From Candidatus Entotheonellaceae bacterium (GTDB lineage: Bacteria > Tectomicrobia > Entotheonellia > Entotheonellales > Entotheonellaceae), in assembly GCA_048594805.1 (NCBI GenBank), contig JBMDXC010000285.1:1-57241 (forward strand): DNA of 57,241 nucleotides, read 5' to 3'. The position numbers and the translations under genes are program-made. The notes under the pieces are model-generated. The model saw nothing but the letters and a program-made list of their open reading frames with translations. It was not told the DNA's origin and did not search any database. Below are positions 9,583 through 18,472 of the stretch, piece after piece. Within the stretch, counting starts at the first letter, position 1; every line of letters starts with the position of its first letter.

Positions 9583-10533
9583 ATGTACAAGTACGTGCTG
9601 CGGCGCGTGTTGCTGGTCATCCCGGTGCTGGTGCTGTCGTCCCTGGTGGTGTTCGGGCTGATGCGTGTCATGCCGGGAGATGCGCTGACGGCCTTGATGG
9701 CCGAGTCCGGGAACGTGAGCGAGCGCGAGCTGCAAAAACTCCGTCAGGATCTGGGGCTGGATCGCCCCTATCACGAGCAATATCTGCTCTGGATATGGCA
9801 AATGGTGACTTTTAACCCCGGCTACTCGATCTTTACCGGCGACGCCATCTCGGTATCCCTGAAAAAATCCATCCCGGTGACCATCGAACTGGCGGTGCTG
9901 GCGATGGCGTTCGGGCTGCTGATTGCCATCCCGGTCGGGGTGCTCTCAGCCACCAGACAGGATAAACCCGCAGATTACATCGGCCGTCTGGTCGCCATCT
10001 CCGGCCTGTCCTTTCCTGATTTCTGGCTGGGCACGCTGGTCATCACCTTTGCTGCCATCTGGTTTGGCTGGATCCCGCCGCTGGGCTATACCAGCGTCTG
10101 GGAGTCGCCCTGGAGAAATATCCAGCAATTCCTGTTGCCGGCGGCGATCCTGGGATTCCGCCTGTCCGCTGCCACTATGCGGATGACGCGCTCCACCCTG
10201 CTGGAGGTGTTGCGTGAGGACTACGTGCGGACCGCCTGGGCCAAGGGCCTGGGTGAGCGCATCATTATTTACAAGCACGCGCTGAAAAATGCCCTGATCC
10301 CGGTGGTCACCATTGTGGGAGGACAGTTGGGCGGACTCCTGGCCGGGACGGTGATCATCGAGACCATCTTCGCGCTGCCGGGGATGGGGCGGCTCACCGT
10401 TGAAGCCATTATATACCGTGATTATCCGGTGGTGCAGACGAATGTCATGCTGGCGGCCACTGTCCTGGTCACGCTCAATTTATTCGTGGATCTGACCTAT
10501 GCCTGGTTGGATCCACGCATTCGCTATCAATAA
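9583..10533 (+). CDS. ABC transporter permease (DppB-like)
   Basis: MYKYVLRRVLLVIPVLV is a typical N-terminus. The ORF-track extension back to 9196 overlaps the binding-protein gene and was discarded. Confidence 0.85.
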   Translation: MYKYVLRRVLLVIPVLVLSSLVVFGLMRVMPGDALTALMAESGNVSERELQKLRQDLGLDRPYHEQYLLWIWQMVTFNPGYSIFTGDAISVSLKKSIPVTIELAVLAMAFGLLIAIPVGVLSATRQDKPADYIGRLVAISGLSFPDFWLGTLVITFAAIWFGWIPPLGYTSVWESPWRNIQQFLLPAAILGFRLSAATMRMTRSTLLEVLREDYVRTAWAKGLGERIIIYKHALKNALIPVVTIVGGQLGGLLAGTVIIETIFALPGMGRLTVEAIIYRDYPVVQTNVMLAATVLVTLNLFVDLTYAWLDPRIRYQ

Positions 10534-10577
10534 AGCTGCAAGGCGTCCCTCAAGGGCGTCCGTCTTCTGGAGGCGCA

Positions 10578-11495
10578 ATGATTGGAAAACCGATGTCAAC
10601 CGCTACGGCAAATGTTGCTGTCTCTGCGCTACCGACGGTCGCCAGGCGGCGGCGCCTGCAGGCTATGCGGAACGTAATGCTGCGCAAGCCACTCGGAGTC
10701 GCTTCTGGCTTGCTTATTCTTCTTCTCGTGGGCACGGCGATTTTCGCGGATGTGCTGGCCCCCTATGATCCGTTCCTGGCGCGTCCTGAGGTGCGCCTGC
10801 TGCCGTCTAGCTGGCAACACCCCTTCGGCACCGATGACATCGGGCGCGACGTCTTCAGCCGCATCATCTATGGCGCGCGTCTGTCGCTCTGGGTGGGACT
10901 GCTGGCAGTCGGCATCGGGACACTGTCGGGCACGCTCATTGGGCTCGTCTGCGGCTACTGGGAGGGGCAGCTCGATCTCGTGTTACAACGCTTCATGGAC
11001 GCGCTGATGACCATTCCCGGCCTGATCCTGGCTCTGGCCATCGTCTCAGTGTTGACGCCCAACACGACCAACGCCATGCTGGCGATTGCCATTGTGATTA
11101 TTCCGGGCAACTCGCGTATCGTACGTGGGGCAGTGCTGTCAGCGAAACAGAACCCGTACGTCGAAGCGGCCCGGGCCCTGGGGTGCGGCCACCTGCGCAT
11201 CATCGCCAGCCATATCCTCCCAAACGTCACCGCACCCATTTTGATCATTGCGTCCATCTGGCTGGGGAATGCCATTTTCATCGAAGCCTCGCTGAGCTTT
11301 TTAGGGCTGGGGACACAGCCACCAAACCCGTCCTGGGGGTTGATGCTCAGCAGTACCGGGCGTGCCTTTATGGAGCAGGCTCCCTGGCTCGCCATTTTCC
11401 CCGGCCTGGCGATCAGTCTAGCTGTCCTGGGCTTCAATCTCTTTGGCAATACGCTACGCGATATCTGGGATCCCAAACTGCGCGGGCGGAGTTAA
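10578..11495 (+). CDS. ABC transporter permease (DppC-like)
   Basis: PFGTDDIGRDVFSRIIYGARLSL motif. GGAGG sits 4 nt upstream of the ATG. Confidence 0.85.
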   Translation: MIGKPMSTATANVAVSALPTVARRRRLQAMRNVMLRKPLGVASGLLILLLVGTAIFADVLAPYDPFLARPEVRLLPSSWQHPFGTDDIGRDVFSRIIYGARLSLWVGLLAVGIGTLSGTLIGLVCGYWEGQLDLVLQRFMDALMTIPGLILALAIVSVLTPNTTNAMLAIAIVIIPGNSRIVRGAVLSAKQNPYVEAARALGCGHLRIIASHILPNVTAPILIIASIWLGNAIFIEASLSFLGLGTQPPNPSWGLMLSSTGRAFMEQAPWLAIFPGLAISLAVLGFNLFGNTLRDIWDPKLRGRS

Positions 11496-11663
11496 ACGTT
11501 TACCTGAGCTCCGTAATGTCCGTGCAGACCTCTATGCCCAGTCGCATGGCCACCTCTGAGCGCATCAACCAGACGCGCGATGGGCAACCGCCGCTCAGAT
11601 GGAAATGCCTCAAAAACCTCTGCATAAGACCTACACTGCTCTCCTCACTGCTTGCTAGCGAAG

Positions 11664-12863
11664 TTATACACTGCGTCTCAGCCCCTCGAACCAGTCCAGG
11701 ATAGGCGTATTTTCGTCAGGTGGATAGGCATGGCCAAAGCCCATGAGTTCATGGTAGGTGACATTATGCCCCCACTCACGCAGTTTATCCACCATCAGGC
11801 GGATATACGCCACGGGAAAGAGTTGATCCTGAGCACCATGCGCGACGTAGACAGGCAATTGACTCGCCTGGGCACTGCGTTGGTGTGGCCGCAATATCCC
11901 AGCCACGACCGCCAGACCAGCAAAACGCTCAGGCCAGGCAAAGCCCACTTCATAACTGAACGAGCCCCCATCTGACAAGCCTGTGAGGAGAATACGCTCG
12001 GGGTCAACGTGATAGCGCTCCTGCATTTCGTCCAGGATGAACATGAGAGACGGCGCATCCCACGGAAACCATGTAGGACCAAACGATTTAGCGCTCACCA
12101 GTAGGTAGCCACGACTTTTGGCATATTTGAGCCACGTCCACAAAAAATCCTCGTCGTTGCCACTCCCCCCGTGCAGCGTCAGCAATAATGGCCAGGGGCG
12201 ATCCGCCCGGTAGAACTCGGGCACATAGCTGGTGTAGGCTCCCCGGGCCCCCGCGGCGGCGAAGCGCTGGATACCGCAATCAGGGTCAACATGGGCGGTG
12301 GGTGGTTCACAGGCTGCCACATCCACGTTGTCCAAGAGCCAGTAGTGCACCAATGCTGGCACCTGTTGGCGTATAGGGTAGAGGCGATATTTGATTTGCG
12401 ATGCCAAACGATTGGCAAACCGCACGGTCGCGAAGTCAAACTGGCCTCGTAGCTCCTTATACAGGTGCAAGATATGCTGCATAATCGCCAGCGCCTGGCG
12501 GGTCGCATCGTGCCGCGCGGCAGCCTCCGGTGGCGGCTGTATGGCCGCAAGCCGTGCGGCATCAGCCTCAGCCGCAGCACCATACTGCATTTCCAAGGTC
12601 TGCTGATACTCGGCCACACGGTGCTGGATAGTGTACCGTGGGGTGCTGTCCAGAGTATGCAGGAAGCTGCTGAGACGTGCACCAATGGCTGCCAGTTCAG
12701 CGTCGTACAGCGCCGGAGCCAGGATCTGAGGTTGGCCAGCAGGGCTCTGCGACAATTGCGTTGCGAGATACGTCTGCACGGCTGAGAGGAAGGACTCGCG
12801 TTCGGCAGCCCATTCCTCGGCCAAGGCACCAAGTTGGGCAGCACTCCACTGTTCTGCACTCAT
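11664..12863 (-). CDS. Alpha/beta-hydrolase (carboxylesterase / PHB-depolymerase-like) with a roughly 200-aa helical N-terminal extension
   Basis: LLLTLHGGSGNDEDF, GLSDGG nucleophile elbow and VAHGAQDQLFP. The N-terminal half has no recognisable family. Confidence 0.65.
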   Translation of the reverse strand: MSAEQWSAAQLGALAEEWAAERESFLSAVQTYLATQLSQSPAGQPQILAPALYDAELAAIGARLSSFLHTLDSTPRYTIQHRVAEYQQTLEMQYGAAAEADAARLAAIQPPPEAAARHDATRQALAIMQHILHLYKELRGQFDFATVRFANRLASQIKYRLYPIRQQVPALVHYWLLDNVDVAACEPPTAHVDPDCGIQRFAAAGARGAYTSYVPEFYRADRPWPLLLTLHGGSGNDEDFLWTWLKYAKSRGYLLVSAKSFGPTWFPWDAPSLMFILDEMQERYHVDPERILLTGLSDGGSFSYEVGFAWPERFAGLAVVAGILRPHQRSAQASQLPVYVAHGAQDQLFPVAYIRLMVDKLREWGHNVTYHELMGFGHAYPPDENTPILDWFEGLRRSV

Positions 12864-13330
12864 GACGTTTCTTCCTTATCAGCTTCCTGCCGCTGTCTAC
12901 CCAGTGTCACCAAAAGCTCTCCCAACATGTGCCGTTGGACAATCGTACAGTCCCGCTCAAAGAGCGTTGCCAGGAGTTCATTGCGCAACTGCTCGACGGC
13001 ACGGCTGGTCTGCGCCTCAGCATGCTGGGCCACACGCTCCGTATCTTGGGAGAGACGATGCAGGGCGTCAGCGACATCCTTCCGTAGTGCTTCGGTGGTC
13101 TCGCGTACGGTGGCCAGCGTTGCCTGGTGCTGGTGTTGGTGTTCGCGGGCCATGGTCACGAGCTGCTCGCTGAGCTTGTGCAGTACCTCTTCGACCTGGT
13201 CCCGCTGGCGCTGGTATTCTAGGGTCATCTGGAGCGCCAGTGCTTTGAGACGTTCATGGACATCGTCCTGGGGCGTATACGCCGTAGCCGTCAGCCGCTG
13301 AAGCTCTCCGTCGGGCGAAAGTGATGGCAT
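12860..13330 (-). CDS. Hypothetical coiled-coil protein (156 aa)
   Basis: Heptad-like, Glu/Gln/Arg/Leu-rich sequence. Its stop overlaps the start of the esterase gene (ATGA). GGAG lies upstream. Confidence 0.55.
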   Translation of the reverse strand: MPSLSPDGELQRLTATAYTPQDDVHERLKALALQMTLEYQRQRDQVEEVLHKLSEQLVTMAREHQHQHQATLATVRETTEALRKDVADALHRLSQDTERVAQHAEAQTSRAVEQLRNELLATLFERDCTIVQRHMLGELLVTLGRQRQEADKEETS

Positions 13331-13511
13331 GTGGACTTACTCCGTGTCACGAAGCTTATGGATCTATGAGGGTGGATCATAGTAATGAAAGAACGCCGAG
13401 ATGTCAAAATTGTCACTATGCGCTAAAAGGCGAGGGTCCTATGAGAGTGGAGGTGTCCGTGCTACAATGAGCGTACAAGGGTATCGTGACACACGACAGG
13501 TTATACAGATC

Positions 13512-14264
13512 ATGAGCACAGAGCCACACGCAGCACAGATCACCATCATCCTGGTACGTCCACAGAGCCCAGGCAACATCGGTGCTGCAGCGCGGGCCAT
13601 GCACAATATGGGGCTGCATCGCCTGGCGCTGGTAGCTCCCGAACATTTCCCGCATCCTGAGGCGCGCATGATGGCCTGTCATGCCGAGCACCTCTTGCAC
13701 CAGGCGGTGGTCTATGACTCTCTGGCCGCGGCAGTGGCTACGTGCCACTGGTTAGTAGGAACGTCAGCGCGTCGTCGGGAGTATCGTCATCCGCCGCTGA
13801 CGCCCCGCCAGTTCGCCTACATATTGCCGGCCTTGTCTGCGCAGCATCCGCACGTCGGTGTTCTCTTTGGCCCAGAGGACACTGGGCTTACGACTGCCGA
13901 GTTGGACCTCTGTAATGACCTCGTGGTGATTCCTACTGTCCCAGAGGCCACATCTCTGAATTTAGCGCAAGCTGTCCTGGTGTTGGGCTACGAGATCCTG
14001 CAGGTGCATGACCAGATCCCATCCCAGCAGGGGCCGCCGCTAGCCTCGGTGGACGAGATTGAGGCGATGTATGCCCATTTCCGGGCTGCGTTTAGCCTGC
14101 ACGGTTTCTCGGGGTCCCACGCTATTGAACGGAGTCTCATGGGCATACGGCGGATTTGTGAGCGTGCCGGGCTCGAACGCCGGGACGTACGGCTGCTGCG
14201 CGGCATGGCGCGGCAGTTAGCCTGGGCCTTACGCCATCCACGTCAAGGGAGTGGTACATCGTAG
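13512..14264 (+). CDS. trmJ: SpoU/TrmJ-type tRNA 2'-O-methyltransferase
   Basis: ITIILVRPQSPGNIGAAARAMHNMGL matches the TrmJ N-terminus. The start is uncertain: 13401, 13467 and 13512 are all in frame. 13512 best fits the family N-terminus. Confidence 0.7.
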   Translation: MSTEPHAAQITIILVRPQSPGNIGAAARAMHNMGLHRLALVAPEHFPHPEARMMACHAEHLLHQAVVYDSLAAAVATCHWLVGTSARRREYRHPPLTPRQFAYILPALSAQHPHVGVLFGPEDTGLTTAELDLCNDLVVIPTVPEATSLNLAQAVLVLGYEILQVHDQIPSQQGPPLASVDEIEAMYAHFRAAFSLHGFSGSHAIERSLMGIRRICERAGLERRDVRLLRGMARQLAWALRHPRQGSGTS

Positions 14265-14353
14265 GGTAAGTACCTTCGCCTGTGCTGTTGTGATATTTCT
14301 GGTTTCAGTGTGGTACCCTCAGGCCCTCTCATACACATCCTCACGGGCAAGGG

Positions 14354-15391
14354 TCAACGCCTGAGGCTGCTTCCAATCGTGGCTCCCCCTTCCTTTGCAG
14401 ACCGGGCAAGCAAAGTCCGGCGGGTGCACAGAGCATAAATCAGAAGTCCTATCCCGTTCCAAAACAGGCTTTCGAGCCGTGCAATAAGCCCAAAGGCGAG
14501 CCCGAACACCTGGGCGATGCCCACCGCAGACAGCACGAGGACACGGGTCCCTTCGAGTGTCCCGAGGCGTGCCGGCACGAGGAAGAACATCTGGTCGAGC
14601 GCTGCCACTGTCATTGCCACCATGAGTGCCTCGACCCACCCGGGAGCCTGGTGGCCGAGCAAAAGGCGGAGGAGAATGTATGTTTTGCATCCGGTACAAA
14701 CAAAGGCGATAAAATGCAACAGGAGTGAGCTAGCAAACCGCCACGGGTGCGTCGTATAGTAGGCCATGAGTTGTGCATCCAGCGGTACCAAGTGCTGGTG
14801 CAACTGGTGGAGCTTGGCTGGGGCGCATTTGAGACGACTGACGTGAGAGACGAGTTTGGACAAGAGCTGATAGCGCTGCGATGCAATAAAACCCAGCACG
14901 CCCAGTGAGATCAAGCTCATGGTGAGGCTCAAGGCCCATCGTAACGCGCTGGTGAGGGGGAAATGTCCCAGGGCATACACGAGCCCACAAGCCAGATAGC
15001 CCATCTGCGCCAGCGTGATACTCGCTTTGTCAATGACCACTGCAGCCGTCGCCTGGGCTCTTGGGATGACAGGCTCCAACAGCAAGACTTTCACCACTTC
15101 TCCACCGAGAGTGGCCGTGGGCGTCACCTGATTGATGGCGCTACCGACGAGTCGTATGCCATACAAGTGCCACAGCCTCAGGGGGCGTGGATACTCCTGA
15201 AAACAGGCCGCCCAACCAGTAGTATGGAGCAGGTCAGGGATGATCTCAAGCAGAAAAAAGGGGATGAGCCAGACGCCCACAGCCTGGAAGCTCGTGAGCA
15301 GGTCTCTGATGCCGACTTGTCCAATCATCCAGCCGAGTAAGACAATACCACCGAGGAGGAACACACCCATAATGAATCTGGACACTCGCAT
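14354..15391 (-). CDS. UPF0104 / lysylphosphatidylglycerol-synthase-TM-like (flippase-like) membrane protein
   Basis: Polytopic membrane protein. The N-terminus (FLLGGIVLLGWMIGQVG...LLTSFQ) is typical of UPF0104. Its ATG at 15391 overlaps the TAA of the upstream MocR gene (TAATG). Confidence 0.65.
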   Translation of the reverse strand: MRVSRFIMGVFLLGGIVLLGWMIGQVGIRDLLTSFQAVGVWLIPFFLLEIIPDLLHTTGWAACFQEYPRPLRLWHLYGIRLVGSAINQVTPTATLGGEVVKVLLLEPVIPRAQATAAVVIDKASITLAQMGYLACGLVYALGHFPLTSALRWALSLTMSLISLGVLGFIASQRYQLLSKLVSHVSRLKCAPAKLHQLHQHLVPLDAQLMAYYTTHPWRFASSLLLHFIAFVCTGCKTYILLRLLLGHQAPGWVEALMVAMTVAALDQMFFLVPARLGTLEGTRVLVLSAVGIAQVFGLAFGLIARLESLFWNGIGLLIYALCTRRTLLARSAKEGGATIGSSLRR

Positions 15392-16878
15392 TAGTGCCAC
15401 TCCCCGTGCTCCAGCACCGCGGCCAGGCGTTGCACCCCAGCACGAATTTCCTCTTCAGTCAGCGCAGCATAGCCAAGGAGTAAGCCGGCCCGTGGCGGAG
15501 GCATGAGATAATAGGGGGTCACGGAGTACAGCCCTACCCCTGCTCGTGCCGCACAGTCGATGCAGGCGCTGAGTTGCTGGGGCTCCACATCCTGGAGCCA
15601 GACCAGCATGTGCACGCCAGCGTTGGCCCCAGACACCTCAACACGCGTGCCCAGATACGTGTCCAGTGCCTCCAGGAGCGCGGCCCGACGGGCGGCATTC
15701 CGTGTGCGGGAACGGCGCAGATGATGCTCGAAATGGCCCTCGTGAATGAAGTCGGTGAGGACGGCCTGCTCGAGCGTGGACGTATGACGGTCAGTCAGCC
15801 ATTTGGCTGCAGTAAAGAGTGGGACCAGCGGTGGTGGTAAGACCAGATAGCCGAGGCGTAGCGCCGGAAAAAGTACTTTGGAGAAGGTGGCGACGTAGAC
15901 GACCCGGCCGCTACGGTCGAGGCCCTGGACGGCCTCAACCGGCCGCCCGGCATACCGAAACTCGCTGTCGTAGTCGTCTTCAAGGACATAGGCCTCAGTC
16001 ATCTCGGCCCACTGCAGCAGCGCCAGGCGGCGCACGAGGGACATAATCGCCCCGGTGGGAAACTGGTGCGACGGGGTGACATACACCAGACGAGCCTCTG
16101 CTACCGCCTCTGGCAGTGCCGTGGTGACCAGCCCTTCGGCGTCGATCGGGACCGTCATAAGGTGGGCGCCTGCTGCCAGAAAGACCTGGCGGGCGCCCTG
16201 GTAGTGTGGCTCCTCGATCAGGACCCGGTCTCCCGCATCGAGCAGCACGCGGGCTGCCAGGTCGAGGGCTTGCTGTGAGCCGTTCACCACAATGATCTGC
16301 TCCGGCTCACACACCACCGCACGCGCCCGCTGCAGATAGCTGGCGATAGCCTGGCGCAGTGGGGCGTAGCCCTCCGGTGGTCCATAGTGCAGTTCTTGCA
16401 CCGAGACGGCGCGCGCCCAACGTGCCAGCAAGCGCCGCCAGGTGTCATGCGGAAACGCTGTCCCATCTGGCAAGCCATAGCGGAAATCATAGCGCACGGG
16501 CTGACAATGGGGCACAGCACTCGGCGGAGGTAACGCAGTGTTCTGCGCCACACGCCGGCCGTAGGCGGACAGATGCAGGATAGTGTCCTCACTCGCGCTT
16601 ACGGCCCGAACATGCGCATCAGGGGAAGTCAGCGTCACGTCCGGAAGGGCCGTGGCGACATAAGTGCCTGAGCCTGTCTGCCCAACTGTATAGCCCTCAG
16701 CCAGGAGCTGATCGTAGGCGAGTAAAACCGTATTGCGGGACACGCCAAGCTCGTGCGCCAGGCTGCGCGTGGCTGGTAACCGTGTTCCAGGCGCGAGCTG
16801 TCCAGCCAGAATGGCGCGACGCAAGGCATGGTAGAGCTGCTGCGAGAGGGCTCCAGAGCCGTCCAGTTTAATGAACAT
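15391..16878 (-). CDS. MocR/PdxR-type regulator (GntR HTH fused to a PLP aminotransferase-like domain)
   Basis: LPATRSLAHELGVSRNTVLLAYDQLLAEGY HTH, with a fold-type I domain containing the TFSKVLFPALRLGY lysine motif. The ATG at 16878 is 2 nt after the MFS stop codon. Confidence 0.8.
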   Translation of the reverse strand: MFIKLDGSGALSQQLYHALRRAILAGQLAPGTRLPATRSLAHELGVSRNTVLLAYDQLLAEGYTVGQTGSGTYVATALPDVTLTSPDAHVRAVSASEDTILHLSAYGRRVAQNTALPPPSAVPHCQPVRYDFRYGLPDGTAFPHDTWRRLLARWARAVSVQELHYGPPEGYAPLRQAIASYLQRARAVVCEPEQIIVVNGSQQALDLAARVLLDAGDRVLIEEPHYQGARQVFLAAGAHLMTVPIDAEGLVTTALPEAVAEARLVYVTPSHQFPTGAIMSLVRRLALLQWAEMTEAYVLEDDYDSEFRYAGRPVEAVQGLDRSGRVVYVATFSKVLFPALRLGYLVLPPPLVPLFTAAKWLTDRHTSTLEQAVLTDFIHEGHFEHHLRRSRTRNAARRAALLEALDTYLGTRVEVSGANAGVHMLVWLQDVEPQQLSACIDCAARAGVGLYSVTPYYLMPPPRAGLLLGYAALTEEEIRAGVQRLAAVLEHGEWH

Positions 16879-16880
16879 GG

Positions 16881-18167
16881 TCAGGCTTTCACAAAAAAGA
16901 TCAAGATGGCACACAAGACGCGCGTGCCGGCCATGAGCAAGAATACCAGAGGCCAGGGACTGCCGCTCATGTTCAGCAGCACGCCAAAGACAGCGGCTTG
17001 CAGGCCGGCATAGAAATAGCCATGCGCATCGAGGAGGCCAGAGGCCGTACCAGCCATATGGCGCCCAGCGATGTCCACCGCCACGGCCGCCATGGGCGAG
17101 AGGCTCATGGCAAAGCTGCCGATGAAGAGCAGCGTGGCCCCCACGTATACCTGGCTTGGGGGTAGCAGGGCAATACCGAGGAGCGCTAAAGCACTCACCG
17201 CCGCTGAGAGCAACACCATGGGCCGGCGCGCGCTGCGCATGAGACGGTCCGAAATGACGCCAGCACAGAGCGGTGCCAGCACATAGCCGATGGGTAGGGC
17301 CAGGGTGAACAGGATGGTAGACTTGAGTTGTAAACCGGCTGCCTCAAAATAGTAGAGCGGTATCCAGGTCACCAGCCCGTAGCGCACGACATTTTCCAAG
17401 CCCTTCACCTGGCACGCGAGAACGAACTGGGGGTTCGTGAGCAGACGTTTATAAGGGCCAAAACCGTGCAGATGATCAGCCCCGGTGGCTTCGGCGGTAC
17501 GCGACAGGTGGTCATCTTCGACATACTCCGGCAGGCCAACGTCGCTGGGACGATCTCGCACCAGGACGTAATAGATGACGCCAGTGAGGGCGATGAGGAG
17601 GGGAGGGTAGCGAAATGCCGCACGCCAGCCAAACTGCTCTCCGACCCAGCCGCTGACCAACCACATCACCAGCATCGCTGCACCAGCCGCCATGCCGACG
17701 ACCCCGAGCGCCTGACCACGCTCACGCCGCGGCCACCACTGCGCCAGCAGGCTGATGCCTGGACTCCAACAGGCAGCGTTGACAAAGCCGTTGAGACACC
17801 ACAAAATAGCCAGAGTGACGGCTGAGACACTGAAACTTGCCAGCCAGTTACACGCTGTGGTGAGCAGGGCACCCAGCAGCACCCACAGACGCAGGCCATA
17901 GATCTCGCCCAGACGCCCGTGGGCCAGATCGCCGGCCATAAAGCCCCAGTACAGCAGGGCCGTGATCCAGCCCAGGGTGTGATGATCGATGGCCAGATCC
18001 TGCATCACCAGGGCCGCGACCTGGGAGAGGTGAAAACGTCCCAGGTATTGGAACAGATAAAAACTGGCATAGACTATTAAAATCCGCCACTTCCACTCAT
18101 CATAGAGGGCTGAAAGCTGGGTGGCGGGCACAGTCCCCGGGGTGGTCTGTGGCCGATGGTGCCTCAT
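16881..18167 (-). CDS. MFS transporter (organophosphate:Pi antiporter / UhpC-GlpT-like)
   Basis: 12-TM-like hydrophobic pattern. Start moved to MRHHRPQ (18167) because GGAAAGGAA lies upstream. Confidence 0.7.
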   Translation of the reverse strand: MRHHRPQTTPGTVPATQLSALYDEWKWRILIVYASFYLFQYLGRFHLSQVAALVMQDLAIDHHTLGWITALLYWGFMAGDLAHGRLGEIYGLRLWVLLGALLTTACNWLASFSVSAVTLAILWCLNGFVNAACWSPGISLLAQWWPRRERGQALGVVGMAAGAAMLVMWLVSGWVGEQFGWRAAFRYPPLLIALTGVIYYVLVRDRPSDVGLPEYVEDDHLSRTAEATGADHLHGFGPYKRLLTNPQFVLACQVKGLENVVRYGLVTWIPLYYFEAAGLQLKSTILFTLALPIGYVLAPLCAGVISDRLMRSARRPMVLLSAAVSALALLGIALLPPSQVYVGATLLFIGSFAMSLSPMAAVAVDIAGRHMAGTASGLLDAHGYFYAGLQAAVFGVLLNMSGSPWPLVFLLMAGTRVLCAILIFFVKA

Positions 18168-18267
18168 AGGTCGCTGTTCCTTTCCCTGGGCTTGCGTGCT
18201 GTCAAGGCGCTGGCGTTGCAGTGCTCCGTTATCATCAGGGCACCGGCATGAGCATGCGTAAATATAA

Positions 18268-18468
18268 ATCCTACCAGGGCGCAATGACAAAGATGATGTT
18301 GCGGCGGGACGACGCGTGGCAGCCTTTGGCTTGGTGCCAAATGGTCTGTCTATGTATGTCTCCTATGCCAAAGCCCACGCCACAGATCCACAGGTTGTGG
18401 CGTTTCGGGACTGGCTGCTTGAGGCGGGGAGAGCGTCGCCGGGTGCAGACGGCCTGGTACGAAAGTAG
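18268..18468 (+). pseudogene. Relic of the C-terminal ~65 codons of a LysR-family (GcvA-like) regulator
   Basis: Translation ...DDVAAGRRVAAFGLVPNGLSMYVSYAKAHATDPQVVAFRDWLLEAGRASP* matches the conserved LysR/GcvA C-terminus. Two in-frame TAA codons (18259, 18265) close the frame upstream. There is no HTH or N-terminal part. Confidence 0.6.
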
Positions 18469-18472
18469 GGCC

